Source: Candidatus Poribacteria bacterium (GTDB lineage: Bacteria; Poribacteria; WGA-4E; PCPOR2b). From it: 64,000 bases of DNA. Made by a program: the position numbers and the translations under genes. A model generated the notes under the pieces. It did not search any database and was not told the origin of the DNA. It worked only from the letters and a program-made list of their open reading frames with translations. Below are positions 1 to 10,494 of the stretch, one piece after another; the first letter of the stretch is position 1; each line of letters begins with the position of its first letter. The stretch spans positions 2,400,001-2,464,000 of the forward strand of contig OZ240245.1 in NCBI GenBank assembly GCA_965198175.1, read 5' to 3'.

Positions 1-464
1 CGTTACCTCATGTTGCGATATTCTGGACGAGAGGGGATAACTCCGATAACGGTAGATTTAATGTCTATGCGGGCGCAGGTGAAAATTTTGGCTTCACTTA
101 CAAAGCTGATGATGGAACACCACATGGGATTTTTTCTCGCACAGTTGAACTCCCTTTAAAGGAATGGACGCACTTAGCAATAACACGGGAAGGCAATACC
201 TATGTTGCTTACAAAGATGGAATTATAGCGGACGAAACCGTTGATCCAGAACCAGACCTGCCCACAGCTAAAAGATGGATCGCTTCGGGCAGAGATGGTT
301 TTCTTTTCAACGGCATCCTCGACGAAATTGCCGCGTTCAATGCCGTCCTGAGTGAAGAGGATATTAACAGGATCATGAATGATGGACTTGAGAAATCAGC
401 GCTCACTGTTTCCTTGGCTGGGAAACTGACGACAATTTGGGGACAAATAAAGCACGTGGAATAA
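1..464 (+). CDS. LamG/concanavalin-A-like jellyroll protein, 3' part (5' end outside window)
   Basis: Frame open from nt 3 to TAA at 462-464. Reads ...EWTHLAITREGNTYVAYKDG...FNGILDEIAAFNAVLSEEDI...TVSLAGKLTTIWGQIK. Absent from the ORF track. Confidence 0.9.
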   Translation, partial: LPHVAIFWTRGDNSDNGRFNVYAGAGENFGFTYKADDGTPHGIFSRTVELPLKEWTHLAITREGNTYVAYKDGIIADETVDPEPDLPTAKRWIASGRDGFLFNGILDEIAAFNAVLSEEDINRIMNDGLEKSALTVSLAGKLTTIWGQIKHVE

Positions 465-798
465 TTCTGGCTTGAAGCTTCCAGAATAAGGCATCTGAAA
501 ATTGCTTAGGAAATATGCACCAAGTTTTGCGCTGTCACAACATCAACAGAGATCCCACAGAAAGTCTAAGCGGCCCCATCCGCAGCCGAACTCGCGGAAG
601 TCCGAGAGAATGTCCAAATTATTCAAAATTTGCCTTAGAAACCGTCGTCAAGGTCTGGGGATATTCGATTAAGGCAAAGGCGACGAGGATTTAGATTCTT
701 CTGAGAGCGAGTTGCACGGTGTGATCGCCGGGAATCCCGCTTGGGTCAAAGGGGAGCTGAAGCAAAATAGAACCCATCAAAACCAAAGGAGGACAGCG

Positions 799-1593
799 AT
801 GCGTGCTTTAATATTCGCGCTTTTGACAATTGCTTTGATTTATGCTTTTTCCTTCACAGCAGAGGCGGCAATCAACCCGGAAGCTATAGTGCTTTCGTTG
901 TCGTTTGACGAAGGAGCAGGTGAAGAAGCTAAGGACGCCTCCCCACTCGGGAACAACGTGTTTTTCGTTGAAGGGGCGAAATGGGGTGAGGGAAAATTCG
1001 GAAAGTGTGTACGGTTGAAAAAGACCGCTCACCTAGAGACTGAGATGCCAAACCTTGAGCTACACAATACTGATTTGACGATGGCAATGTGGGTTAACTT
1101 CGCCGAGGAACCCGGCTGGGTTGCGCTTATGAGTCACGATGAAGGCGCGCAAATAGGCGCGAAAAAATGGGCCTGGTGGTATTCGGCCGGCGCGTTCGTT
1201 TTCTATATTGATGACGCAGATGAAAAGCGCGAGTGGGTGCGTTCCGATTTCTTTGGGACACCAGAGCTTAATCGGTGGTATCACCTCGCGTTTGTCAAGC
1301 AGAATGACCTACATACACATTATGTGGACGGTGAACCGTTTGGGGAGGAAGAAAAAAAAGCGCCTGTACCCGAAGCAATTATAGGGCCATTATCCATCGG
1401 TGCGACAGGTATTAGGTATTTTTTCCAGGGTCTACTGGACGAGGCTTTGATTGTGCGGCAAGCGTTAAGCCAGAACGACATCCAGAAGCATCTCGACGGC
1501 GGCGTTGACGGAATCCTGGCGGTCGACCCGGGTGGAAAACTCGCAACTAGATGGGGCAGCCTGAAGATGGAACGCAATTTGTCCGGCAATTGA
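799..1593 (+). CDS. Secreted LamG-like jellyroll protein
   Basis: AGGAGG RBS before ATG 799; signal peptide MRALIF...AEA; motifs SFDEG, WYHLAFV, FQGLLDE; C-terminal AVDPGGKLATRWGSLK. Confidence 0.9.
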   Translation: MRALIFALLTIALIYAFSFTAEAAINPEAIVLSLSFDEGAGEEAKDASPLGNNVFFVEGAKWGEGKFGKCVRLKKTAHLETEMPNLELHNTDLTMAMWVNFAEEPGWVALMSHDEGAQIGAKKWAWWYSAGAFVFYIDDADEKREWVRSDFFGTPELNRWYHLAFVKQNDLHTHYVDGEPFGEEEKKAPVPEAIIGPLSIGATGIRYFFQGLLDEALIVRQALSQNDIQKHLDGGVDGILAVDPGGKLATRWGSLKMERNLSGN

Positions 1594-1684
1594 TGGATTA
1601 ATCCCTCAAATATTCAGTCCACTTCCGGCAAGATGGAAGGGCAATACCAAATTGAAAGCTAATCAGCGGCTAGGGAGGAAAACA

Positions 1685-2482
1685 ATGCGTGTTTCGATAT
1701 CCATGTTCTTAATGATAGTTTCGGTGTGGACGTTTCCATTCGGAGCAGAGGCGGCAATCAACCCGGAAGCTATAGTGCTTGCGTTGTCGTTTGACGCAGG
1801 AGAAGGTGAAGAAGCTAAGGACGCCTCCCCACTCGGGAACAACGTCTTACTCGTAGAAGAGGCAAAATGGGATGAAGGGAAGTTGGGTAAGTGTGTGCGA
1901 CTTAAAAAGACCGCTCACCTAGAGACTGAGATGCCAAACCTTGAGCTACACAATACCGATTTGACGCTGGCGATGTGGGTAAACTTCGCCGAGGAACCCG
2001 GCTGGGTTGCCCTGATGAGTCACGATGAAGGCGCTGGATTAAATCTCAAGAAATGGGCTTGGTGGCTTCAGTCCGGTACGTTCGTGTTCCACATTGATGA
2101 TGCGATTGAGAAGCGCGAATGGATCCGTTCCGATTTCTTTGGTGCACCGGAACTCAACCGGTGGTACCATCTCGCGTTTGTCAAACAGAAGGCCCTACAT
2201 ACGCATTATGTAGACGGTGAACCGTTTGGGGATGAGGAAAAAAAAGCACCTATTCCCGAAGCAATTGAAGGACCATTCTCTATCGGTGCGACGGGTATTA
2301 GGTACTTTTTCCAAGGCTTGCTAGATGAAGCATTGATCGTAAAGCAGGCGTTGAGCCAGAACGACATTCAGAAGCATTTCGCTGGCGGCGTTGCCCGCAT
2401 TCTAGCAGTGGAGCCGGGTGGAAAGCTCGCAACCAGATGGGGCAGCCTGAAGATGGGACGCGGCTATTCTTACGGTCAATGA
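1685..2482 (+). CDS. Secreted LamG-like jellyroll protein
   Basis: GGAGG RBS, signal peptide, close paralogue of 799-1593, C-terminal AVEPGGKLATRWGSLK. Confidence 0.9.
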   Translation: MRVSISMFLMIVSVWTFPFGAEAAINPEAIVLALSFDAGEGEEAKDASPLGNNVLLVEEAKWDEGKLGKCVRLKKTAHLETEMPNLELHNTDLTLAMWVNFAEEPGWVALMSHDEGAGLNLKKWAWWLQSGTFVFHIDDAIEKREWIRSDFFGAPELNRWYHLAFVKQKALHTHYVDGEPFGDEEKKAPIPEAIEGPFSIGATGIRYFFQGLLDEALIVKQALSQNDIQKHFAGGVARILAVEPGGKLATRWGSLKMGRGYSYGQ

Positions 2483-2565
2483 AGCAATATCCCAAGAAAT
2501 TCAATCTGCTTCCAGCGACTTGGCGGGTCGATTATCAATACATCCACGACAATAGAGTGACAATA

Positions 2566-3366
2566 ATGCGTGCTTCGAGATTCATATGTTTAACGATTGC
2601 TTTGGTGTGGGCTCCTTCCTTCAGTGCGAATGCGGGAATCAATGCGGACGCAGTTGTGCTCGCGCTGTCGTTTGACGAAGGAGAGGGCGAAGAAGCCGTA
2701 GACGCATCTCCAAAGAGAAACGACGCAACTCTGGTACAGGGCGCTAAATGGGGTGAAGGAAAGTTTGAAACATGCGTCCGTTTAAAAAAGATTGCCCATG
2801 TAGAGGTTGCAAACCATCCAACCCTTGATTTGCACGACACTGACTTTACGCTGGCAATGTGGATGAACTTTTCCGACGAACCCGGCTGGTATAACCTGAT
2901 GGCACACAGTGAGGGGCCTGGAGGAGATGATAAGAAGTGGTTCTGGATGTTCTCTGGCGGCAAGTTCAAATTCCACATCTTTAACCCGGGAGGCGAGCTA
3001 GTGTGGATAGATTCCGACTTCTTTGGGTTCCCTGAGCTTAACCGTTGGTACCACCTCGCCTTGGTCAAGCAGGGTGACCAGTACAGTTTTTTTCTGGATG
3101 GCGAACTGTTCGGGGAATCAGTAAAAGACTTGCCTGTTCCCAAGGAGATTAACAACGCTCTCACCATTGGATGGTCGCAAGAAGATCGCTATTTTCAGGG
3201 CCTTCTAGATGAGGTGTTCATTGTGAAACAGGCACTGACCCAAGACGATGTCCAAAGGCATCTATCCGGTGGCATCCAAGGGATTTTAGCTGTCGAACCC
3301 GGTGAGAAGTTTACGACCAGATGGGGTAGCTTGAAGATAGGACACGGATTGTCCAATGACCGATGA
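2566..3366 (+). CDS. Secreted LamG-like jellyroll protein
   Basis: Start chosen by alignment with paralogues; an in-frame ATG at 2479 is an alternative. Same LamG motifs; C-terminal AVEPGEKFTTRWGSLK. Confidence 0.88.
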   Translation: MRASRFICLTIALVWAPSFSANAGINADAVVLALSFDEGEGEEAVDASPKRNDATLVQGAKWGEGKFETCVRLKKIAHVEVANHPTLDLHDTDFTLAMWMNFSDEPGWYNLMAHSEGPGGDDKKWFWMFSGGKFKFHIFNPGGELVWIDSDFFGFPELNRWYHLALVKQGDQYSFFLDGELFGESVKDLPVPKEINNALTIGWSQEDRYFQGLLDEVFIVKQALTQDDVQRHLSGGIQGILAVEPGEKFTTRWGSLKIGHGLSNDR

Positions 3367-3433
3367 AGTAATCTCTTGAAATAACTATCCAATTTCAGCA
3401 AGACGACGCAACAATACACAATAGGGTACAGCG

Positions 3434-4231
3434 ATGCGCGTTACGAGATTCACTTTATTTTTGATTGCTACGCTGTGGGCGTTATCCTTCACAGTGGCGA
3501 TTGCAATCGAGCGTGACGCTATTATATTGGCGTTGCCGTTTGACGAAGGAAAGGGCAGAGAAGCCAAGGACGTCTCCATGCACGGAAATCACAGCGTCCT
3601 ATCGGACACCGCCAAGTGGGCACAGGGGAAAATTGGGATGTGTGCACGCTTGAAGGACGCCTACGTGGAAGTGGCGAATCACCCAAGTCTCAGCCTGCAT
3701 AACACCGACTTTACAATGGCGATTTGGATAAAGTTTACCGAGGAGGCAGGCTGGTATGACCTAATGGCTCACAGCGAAGGCGGTGGAGGTGATGATAAAC
3801 AGTGGATTTGGCTGCTTTCCGGCGGAAAATTCAAATTCCACCTTCATAACAGAGGAGTTGATATTACGTGGATCGACTCCGATTTCTTTGGGTTTCCTGA
3901 GCTTGACCGCTGGTACCACCTCGCTCTTCTAAAGCAGGGGAACCAATACACGCATTATCTAGATGGCGAATTGTTCGGGGAAGAGATGGATGATACCCGC
4001 ATCCCAGATGAAATCAATCACCCACTCACCATCGGTACGGGACCAGGCGAATTCTTTATACAAGGATTCGTAGATGAGGCTTTCATCACACGGCAGCCAT
4101 TGACACAGAACGACATCCGTAACCATTTTGCTGGCGGCATCCAGGGCATTTTGTCAGTTGAACCGAGTGAGAAACTCGCAACCAAATGGGGTTATTTGAA
4201 GATGGGACACAATGTGTCTCGCCTACAATGA
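3434..4231 (+). CDS. Secreted LamG-like jellyroll protein
   Basis: Signal peptide, LamG motifs, C-terminal SVEPSEKLATKWGYLK. Confidence 0.9.
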   Translation: MRVTRFTLFLIATLWALSFTVAIAIERDAIILALPFDEGKGREAKDVSMHGNHSVLSDTAKWAQGKIGMCARLKDAYVEVANHPSLSLHNTDFTMAIWIKFTEEAGWYDLMAHSEGGGGDDKQWIWLLSGGKFKFHLHNRGVDITWIDSDFFGFPELDRWYHLALLKQGNQYTHYLDGELFGEEMDDTRIPDEINHPLTIGTGPGEFFIQGFVDEAFITRQPLTQNDIRNHFAGGIQGILSVEPSEKLATKWGYLKMGHNVSRLQ

Positions 4232-4314
4232 AGCAATGCGCCAAGAGATCCAATCCGATTCCAGAAACGTGGAGAGTGAACTATAAACTCATCATCAGCA
4301 TTGGAGTAACAACG

Positions 4315-5118
4315 ATGTGTATTTCAAAGTTCATGTTATTGACGATTGCTTTACTGTGGGCGTTTCCCTTCACCGTATCAACAGCAATCGACCAAGACGT
4401 TATTGTACTAGCGCTGTCGTTTGACGAGGGAAAAGGCAGAGACGCCAAGGACATCTCCTCACAGGGAAACCACGGCGTCCTATCAGAGACTGCCAAGTGG
4501 GCACAGGGGAAAATCGGAATGTGCGCACGCCTAAAGAACGCATATGTAGAAGTGGCGAACCACCCAACACTCAGTCTGCACGACACGGACTTTACGATGG
4601 CGATCTGGTTAAATTTTGCTGAAGAGGAAAGTTGGTATGACCTAATAGCGCACAACGAAGCACCCGCAATAGATGTCAAGAAATGGATCTGGATGTTTGC
4701 CGGTGGCAAATTTAAATTCCACATTAACGACAGAGGGGTTAAGATTGCGTGGATTGACTCCGAATTCTTCGGGTTTCCCGAGCTTGACCGCTGGTACCAC
4801 CTCGCTCTTGTCAAGCAGGGAAACCAATACACGCATTATTTGGATGGAGAATTCTTTGGAGAAGAAACGGATGACACCCCCATCCCCGATGAAATCGATC
4901 ACGTACTCACAATCGGCTCGGGACCAGGCGATCGGTTTATCCAAGGATTTGTGGATGAGCTTTTCATCACGCGGCAGCCATTGACACAGAACGATATCCT
5001 TAACCATTTTGCTGGGGGCGTCCAGGGCGTTTTGTCAGTTGAGTTAGGAGACAAACTCGCAACTAGATGGGGAGACCTAAAGACTGGTCGGACATCCCTT
5101 CCTTCGAATCCTCCGTAA
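4315..5118 (+). CDS. Secreted LamG-like jellyroll protein
   Basis: Start chosen by alignment; an in-frame ATG at 4228 is an alternative. Close paralogue of 3434-4231; C-terminal SVELGDKLATRWGDLK. Confidence 0.88.
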   Translation: MCISKFMLLTIALLWAFPFTVSTAIDQDVIVLALSFDEGKGRDAKDISSQGNHGVLSETAKWAQGKIGMCARLKNAYVEVANHPTLSLHDTDFTMAIWLNFAEEESWYDLIAHNEAPAIDVKKWIWMFAGGKFKFHINDRGVKIAWIDSEFFGFPELDRWYHLALVKQGNQYTHYLDGEFFGEETDDTPIPDEIDHVLTIGSGPGDRFIQGFVDELFITRQPLTQNDILNHFAGGVQGVLSVELGDKLATRWGDLKTGRTSLPSNPP

Positions 5119-5418
5119 GCCCGGATGTAAAATGTCGATTTGGAATAACTTAGAACTTAAGTGATATGGTTTGTGCATGCATTTTGTTGAGGTTTGAAGG
5201 CGCTGAGTCTAGGTGTCACGTGCATAATGCTGCTTGAAGATGATTGATTCTTCGTCTAACAGAAGTGTCCACGGCGACTAGACTGACGCCCACTTTCAGG
5301 TTATCGCAACCATGGGAAAAATATCTTGCTAAATAGCAAAGGTTTGGCTATCGTACAAACATGAAGCCAACTTGAGAAATTGGTTTTTTCGTTTGTTTCA
5401 ATTATAGGAGATAAGGAA

Positions 5419-6270
5419 ATGGGTGAGTTGTTTACAGAAGAAGAAGTCAACCGATTCCATCGAGATAGTTTTATCATTGTCGAGAACTTTCTGGATGCGG
5501 AGGAGACTCAACTCCTTTATGAGGCAGCCAAAGGAGACTATGTACTGATGCAACACGCTCACGAGGTTAAGGACACAGAAGGGAAGAACTCTAAGCTGGC
5601 GCTTTGGGATCAACCTGGCAACGACATCTACGGGCTGATTGCTAAAAGCCATAAGATGGTGGACAGGATAGAGCAGTTGCTCGGCGCCGAAGTATATCAC
5701 TACCATTCCACGATGATGCTCAAAGAACCCCGGGTCGGCGGAGCGTGGGAATGGCATCAGGACTATGGATACTGGTATCACTACGGCTGTCTATTCCCAG
5801 ATGTTGCCGCGTGTATGGTCGCGATTGATGAGCAGACGGAAGAAAACGGCTGCCTACAGGTGATTAAAGGATCACACCGGCTAGGACGTTTGGATCATGT
5901 GGAACAAACCTCTGCGGGCAGTACCCAGACCAGTATCGATCCAGAACGCATAGAAGCCATCCTAGCACGCATGGAATTGGTCTATTGTGAAATGCCGCCA
6001 GGCGCCGGGATTTTCTTTCATGGCAATATCCTACACCGATCCGATGCGAATCTGAGCGACAAACCCCGCTGGGCGCTGAGATGTGTTTATAACACGGTTT
6101 ACAATGACCCCTACAAAGATATCAAACATGCCCGCTATACGCCGCTACAGAAGGTTCCCGATTCGGCAATCAAAGCCGGCGCCGCTAAAATCAGTGACTC
6201 TGCCAAAGAATATTACTCCGGAGAATCACTGCGAACTTCTCGACCCGATGCTTCCGAATCCTCATCCTGA
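5419..6270 (+). CDS. Phytanoyl-CoA dioxygenase (PhyH) family Fe(II)/2-oxoglutarate oxygenase
   Basis: WHQDYGYW (HxD), ENGCLQVIKGSH, distal HRS...N...R; RBS before ATG 5419. Confidence 0.9.
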   Translation: MGELFTEEEVNRFHRDSFIIVENFLDAEETQLLYEAAKGDYVLMQHAHEVKDTEGKNSKLALWDQPGNDIYGLIAKSHKMVDRIEQLLGAEVYHYHSTMMLKEPRVGGAWEWHQDYGYWYHYGCLFPDVAACMVAIDEQTEENGCLQVIKGSHRLGRLDHVEQTSAGSTQTSIDPERIEAILARMELVYCEMPPGAGIFFHGNILHRSDANLSDKPRWALRCVYNTVYNDPYKDIKHARYTPLQKVPDSAIKAGAAKISDSAKEYYSGESLRTSRPDASESSS

Positions 6271-6360
6271 TGGTTCGTTTGATGGATCCCACAAAATACT
6301 AAATTCCAACCCGATTCGGAATCATCAAATAGAACGTTTGAACTTAATCCACGAAAATAG

Positions 6361-7233
6361 ATGCTGGGGACCAATGTGCTCAGTCAAAACCAAATTGATG
6401 AGTTTCGTACCAAAGGCTTTCTCCTCGGTGGATGCGTGGTGAGTGGCAAACAGGTTGACGTTCTGAGGGCGGAAATCGATCGCGTGCTTGTTAAACAAAA
6501 TACTGACAAGCCCCAGCCGATCCGGCTTGTGAACCTGTCCCCTAATCCCGATAGCGTAACTTGGCAAATTACGAACATGTGGGAAGCTAGCGATCCTTTC
6601 TGTGAGCTCATATACAACCCCAAAATTGTCGGTGAGGTTGTCCAACTGACGGGGGCGCACCAATTGCGGGTCTGGCACGATCAAATCCAGTATAAACTAG
6701 CGGAGCGAGGCGGCATCACCGGCTGGCATCAAGATTCGCCTTGTTGGCCCATCCTGACGCCGAAGACAAGCCAAGTGACGGCATGGGTTGCGCTGGACGA
6801 TGTAGATACATCCAACGGTTGCATGAGTATGGTCGCAGGGGCATACCATTGGGGAGATCAGATCGATTTTTTGCACAGCATACAGGATTTCAATGCGATG
6901 CCGTCAACTTTCCAGGATCGCGACGTGCAGGTAGAGTTGTGTCCGGTACCGGCGGGACATGTTCACTATCATCACGGTTTGGCTTGGCACGGTTCTCACG
7001 CAAATACCAGCACCCGACCGCGTCGAGCGATTGCAATTCACTACATGACCGGTGAGACACGCTACGATTCCACCGGCAACCACACGATGAAACCCTTTGT
7101 TGAAGTCGCCAATGGAGAGATATTGACAGGTAACCGCTTCCCGTTAGTTTCGGATGATGGCAATGTGATACGCCCGAAATTGCCGAAGTTTCTCGATTCA
7201 TTAGGTATTCGGGAAATTAGATGTAGGTTTTAG
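6361..7233 (+). CDS. PhyH family Fe(II)/2-oxoglutarate oxygenase
   Basis: WHQDSPCW, WVALDD..SNGCM, HGSHANTSTRPRRA. Confidence 0.9.
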   Translation: MLGTNVLSQNQIDEFRTKGFLLGGCVVSGKQVDVLRAEIDRVLVKQNTDKPQPIRLVNLSPNPDSVTWQITNMWEASDPFCELIYNPKIVGEVVQLTGAHQLRVWHDQIQYKLAERGGITGWHQDSPCWPILTPKTSQVTAWVALDDVDTSNGCMSMVAGAYHWGDQIDFLHSIQDFNAMPSTFQDRDVQVELCPVPAGHVHYHHGLAWHGSHANTSTRPRRAIAIHYMTGETRYDSTGNHTMKPFVEVANGEILTGNRFPLVSDDGNVIRPKLPKFLDSLGIREIRCRF

Positions 7234-7242
7234 GAGTATTCA

Positions 7243-9440
7243 ATGAAGCAGCTGTTCAGCGTAGAGCATTTGATGAACCTCCAACGCCCAACAGATCGTG
7301 TACCAATGAATCTATCGCCAGACGGTCGTTTACTAGCTGTGAGCGTACAGGGAATACGGCGAAAAGCGGTAGATATACGAGAAGACGGATTTGGCGTAGA
7401 CGGTGTTTACGAAGCAATGGATGGCAGCCATATATTTGTCATAGATACAATAACTGGAAAAGCTCAAGAGCCATTTCCGACTTGAAAGCGTTAGTTGGGG
7501 CGGACAGTGGTCACCTGATGGAAGCCGTTTAGCAGCATACGTGCGACACAACGGATTAGTGTGTTTAGGAGTTTGGTCTCCGGAGACCGATACTTTCCAG
7601 TTGTTTCAGCAAGCATTGATACGGACCAAATACGGATTTGAAATCCCGCGATGGACTCCAGATAGCAGAAAGGTTATCGTGAAGTTATGCCCTGTGAGTG
7701 GCGCGTTCAAACCGCCCGCACCAGACCAAGCATTGCTTCCTAATCAACCACCTCCCGTTAGCGTCTTCTCGTTTGATTCCACCCGTGAAGTCGATACCCG
7801 CCCGACAGGTGCTTGGCTATATGATGGCACATGCTGCGATCTTGGATGTATAGATGTCACTACAGGTGAGGTAACAAGATTGGTCTGCGATTGGCCTGTG
7901 TGGAACTGGCGGGTTGCACCCGATGGTAAAACAGTCGCCGCATTCAAGTTGGCAGAATATGATTCGCAAAGCTACCGGATGACCTACGATTTGGTCGTTG
8001 TTCCACTAGATGGAACACCTCCACGGACAATTGCTAGCAAGATATATCACGGCGGGGGTGGATTTAACTGGTCTCCCAACAGTTAGCTTATTGCCATTAC
8101 AATGGACGATGGGGACGACGACGGATCCCCCAAACAACTCTTTGTTGTACCCGCAGACGGTTCTGAGAGTCCCAGAGCTCTAATAGACGAGATGACGATT
8201 AAGATGGATGATTATCTTGGACCGCACTGGAGTGAAGACAACTCTTCCATATTTTGTTTAACGCGAGATCACGTATGGATATTCAATGCTGACGGGAGCA
8301 ATCAACGCCAAATGAATGTCGTTCTTCCCGGCTGGCGGGTGGTTTTTTGGATTCAGCCTCCGATGGATTCAATATTACGGTCGTCACCGGATGGTTCTCT
8401 TTTCGCTGTTGTTCGAAATGACGTCTGGGACGAAGCAGTGGTTCGCGTTTCTCTTGAAAGTGGCGAAGGGACAATCCTGACAGAATTTACCAAGTCGTGT
8501 TGGGATCCATTTCAGACCGAAGTTGCCTCCGATTTTTCTGCATGTTACCTTGTGGCTGAATCGGCAGAACACCCCGCAGAAATTTGGCGTGTCTCTCTTG
8601 ATACACCCGTTCTCAACCGTCTCTTTTCACTCAATTCGGATTTAGAGGGCGTTGCGTTAGGTAAACCTCGCTTGATTGAGTGGCGGGCATTGGACAAACA
8701 AATGCGACGTGGTGCGCTGCTCTTGCCTCCAAACTACAGTGAAGGAGAGCGTATTCCGGTGATTGTCCATGTATATCGCGGTAATTTCTCGTCCTGGATT
8801 CACGACTTTGGCTTTGGTGGAGGACACTACGATAATGCGCAATTGCTAGCGAGTCAGGGCTACGCTGTGCTCTGGCCAGATCTCCCGATTGATAGACGTA
8901 AAATGCAGGAAATACCCAAATTCGTCTTACCTGCTGTTAATCGGTTGATTGATTTAGACATCGCCGATCCCAATCGAATTGGACTGATGGGGCATAGTGA
9001 CGGAGGGTACTGTGTGTTAGCACTTCTAGCCCAAACGGATTGTTTTCGAACAGCTGTCTGTTCTGCAGGTGTGGTCAATATTACGAGTGATTACGGTACA
9101 ATGAATGACAAAGGCGATAATTCTCATGGCTATGAACTAGGAAGCGAAATGGGCGGAACGTTATGGGAAAAACGGGATGCCTACATAGAAAATTCACCCT
9201 TGTTCTACCTTCACCGTGTAAAAACACCATTGCTATTTAGTACAGGGCACGGAGGATATATGGGGGGCAAACCAGGTCAAAGAAGCGTTTAGTGCATTGC
9301 GGCGCCTCGGGAAACCGGTGGAGTTGCGGTTATACCATGGGGAAGAACATTGGCCAGGTGCATGGTCTGAACGTAATTTTCGGGACGTATGTCACCGAGT
9401 CCTAGCCTGGTTTAACCAGTATCTTGGAGCGCCCCAGTGA
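7243..9440 (+). pseudogene. S9 prolyl oligopeptidase/acylaminoacyl peptidase family, disrupted
   Basis: Propeller repeats (WSPDG), nucleophile GHSDGG, and downstream GTED and GEEH in a shifted frame. Frameshift near 7480, in-frame TAG at 8084-8086, frameshift near 9236; natural stop at 9438-9440. Confidence 0.85.
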
Positions 9441-9784
9441 AGAACATGTGGCCCAGTTGATGGCATTCAGTGTTGCTTGCACATCGAGTTCAGAGGTGCA
9501 GAGAATTACGTCGAATCGGAAATTCCTGATTATCACCGGCTTTTATGCGGCAGGAATCTGTGCTTATTCTTAGAGATTCGCATCGACAGTCAGATAGACT
9601 ATGGGTAAAATTGAGATTTAAATCTGGGAACAACTAGCTTGAGGAACATATCGGCTGCCTTATCGGTTTTTTATCGAGTAAAGCTTAAAAGATAGGACGT
9701 TTCGGGCAAAACTACAAGAAGAAAGGAGGGAATCGCAAGTTTCTACCCATTTGAAAACACGGAATCCTCTGCGATGATTTTATT

Positions 9785-10288
9785 GTGATTTTAGAGCGTT
9801 GGGTTGTATCGTTATCGAAATATACAAGGCTTACCCTAAAAATTGCTGACCGCCTGATTGATCGTATCAATCTTGAACCGATTGAAGGTGAAAATGGGAA
9901 CGTAGGGGTAAAAGCCGTATGGGTTGGCGAACCCGGTAAGATCATGATTGAATTAAACGCTCAGTCTTTGAAAGGGAGCATTCAAACTGAGGGCAATCGC
10001 GCACCAACGATTGAGTATTGGCAAATAGGCGAGAGACGCGGATTTGCGTTAGGAAATCCCAAAAGCATTTCTTGTGAACTTGATGAGAAAACGCTACGAA
10101 ACATTTTAACCCCTAAAGCTGCGGGGATTGCAATGGCTGCCGGCGCAGCGATTGGGTTGGTGAGCTGGTTTGCTACGGCAATCGCTAGCCGGGTGACGTT
10201 AACTAAACAGGAAACGGGAAAGCCTGCGCCTCCGTTGCTCGACTCACAAAAGACCAGTACAGATGGTTTCATTGAAAGTGAAGGATAA
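9785..10288 (+). CDS. Hypothetical protein with a C-terminal hydrophobic segment
   Basis: 167-aa ORF; AAGIAMAAGAAIGLVSWFATAIA is a putative TM helix; start uncertain. Confidence 0.55.
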   Translation: MILERWVVSLSKYTRLTLKIADRLIDRINLEPIEGENGNVGVKAVWVGEPGKIMIELNAQSLKGSIQTEGNRAPTIEYWQIGERRGFALGNPKSISCELDEKTLRNILTPKAAGIAMAAGAAIGLVSWFATAIASRVTLTKQETGKPAPPLLDSQKTSTDGFIESEG

Positions 10289-10466
10289 AACTCACCGCCG
10301 TCAATTCATTTACTGTGTTTAACGCGCGTTGAAAAAGTGATAATTCAGTCTAATTCTGTATTCATTACGCACTAGAACAGAATTGGTAAATTTCAGAAGA
10401 CAGGAGAAGTGCAGACTCAGTATCATCCGTTACTACTAACGCGCGATGGTATCTCGCGTTACGATG

Positions 10467-10487
10467 AAGGCGTATTAGACGCCTTTC
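10467..10487. terminator. Small hairpin between convergent genes
   Basis: AAGGCGT-attag-ACGCCTT inverted repeat. Confidence 0.35.
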
Positions 10488-10494
10488 CTAGATT

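Noticed and set aside
8084..8086. In-frame TAG as pyrrolysine or stop-codon recoding
   Set aside because: The same gene has two frameshifts, TAG is used as a normal stop elsewhere in the window, and no pyl genes are visible.
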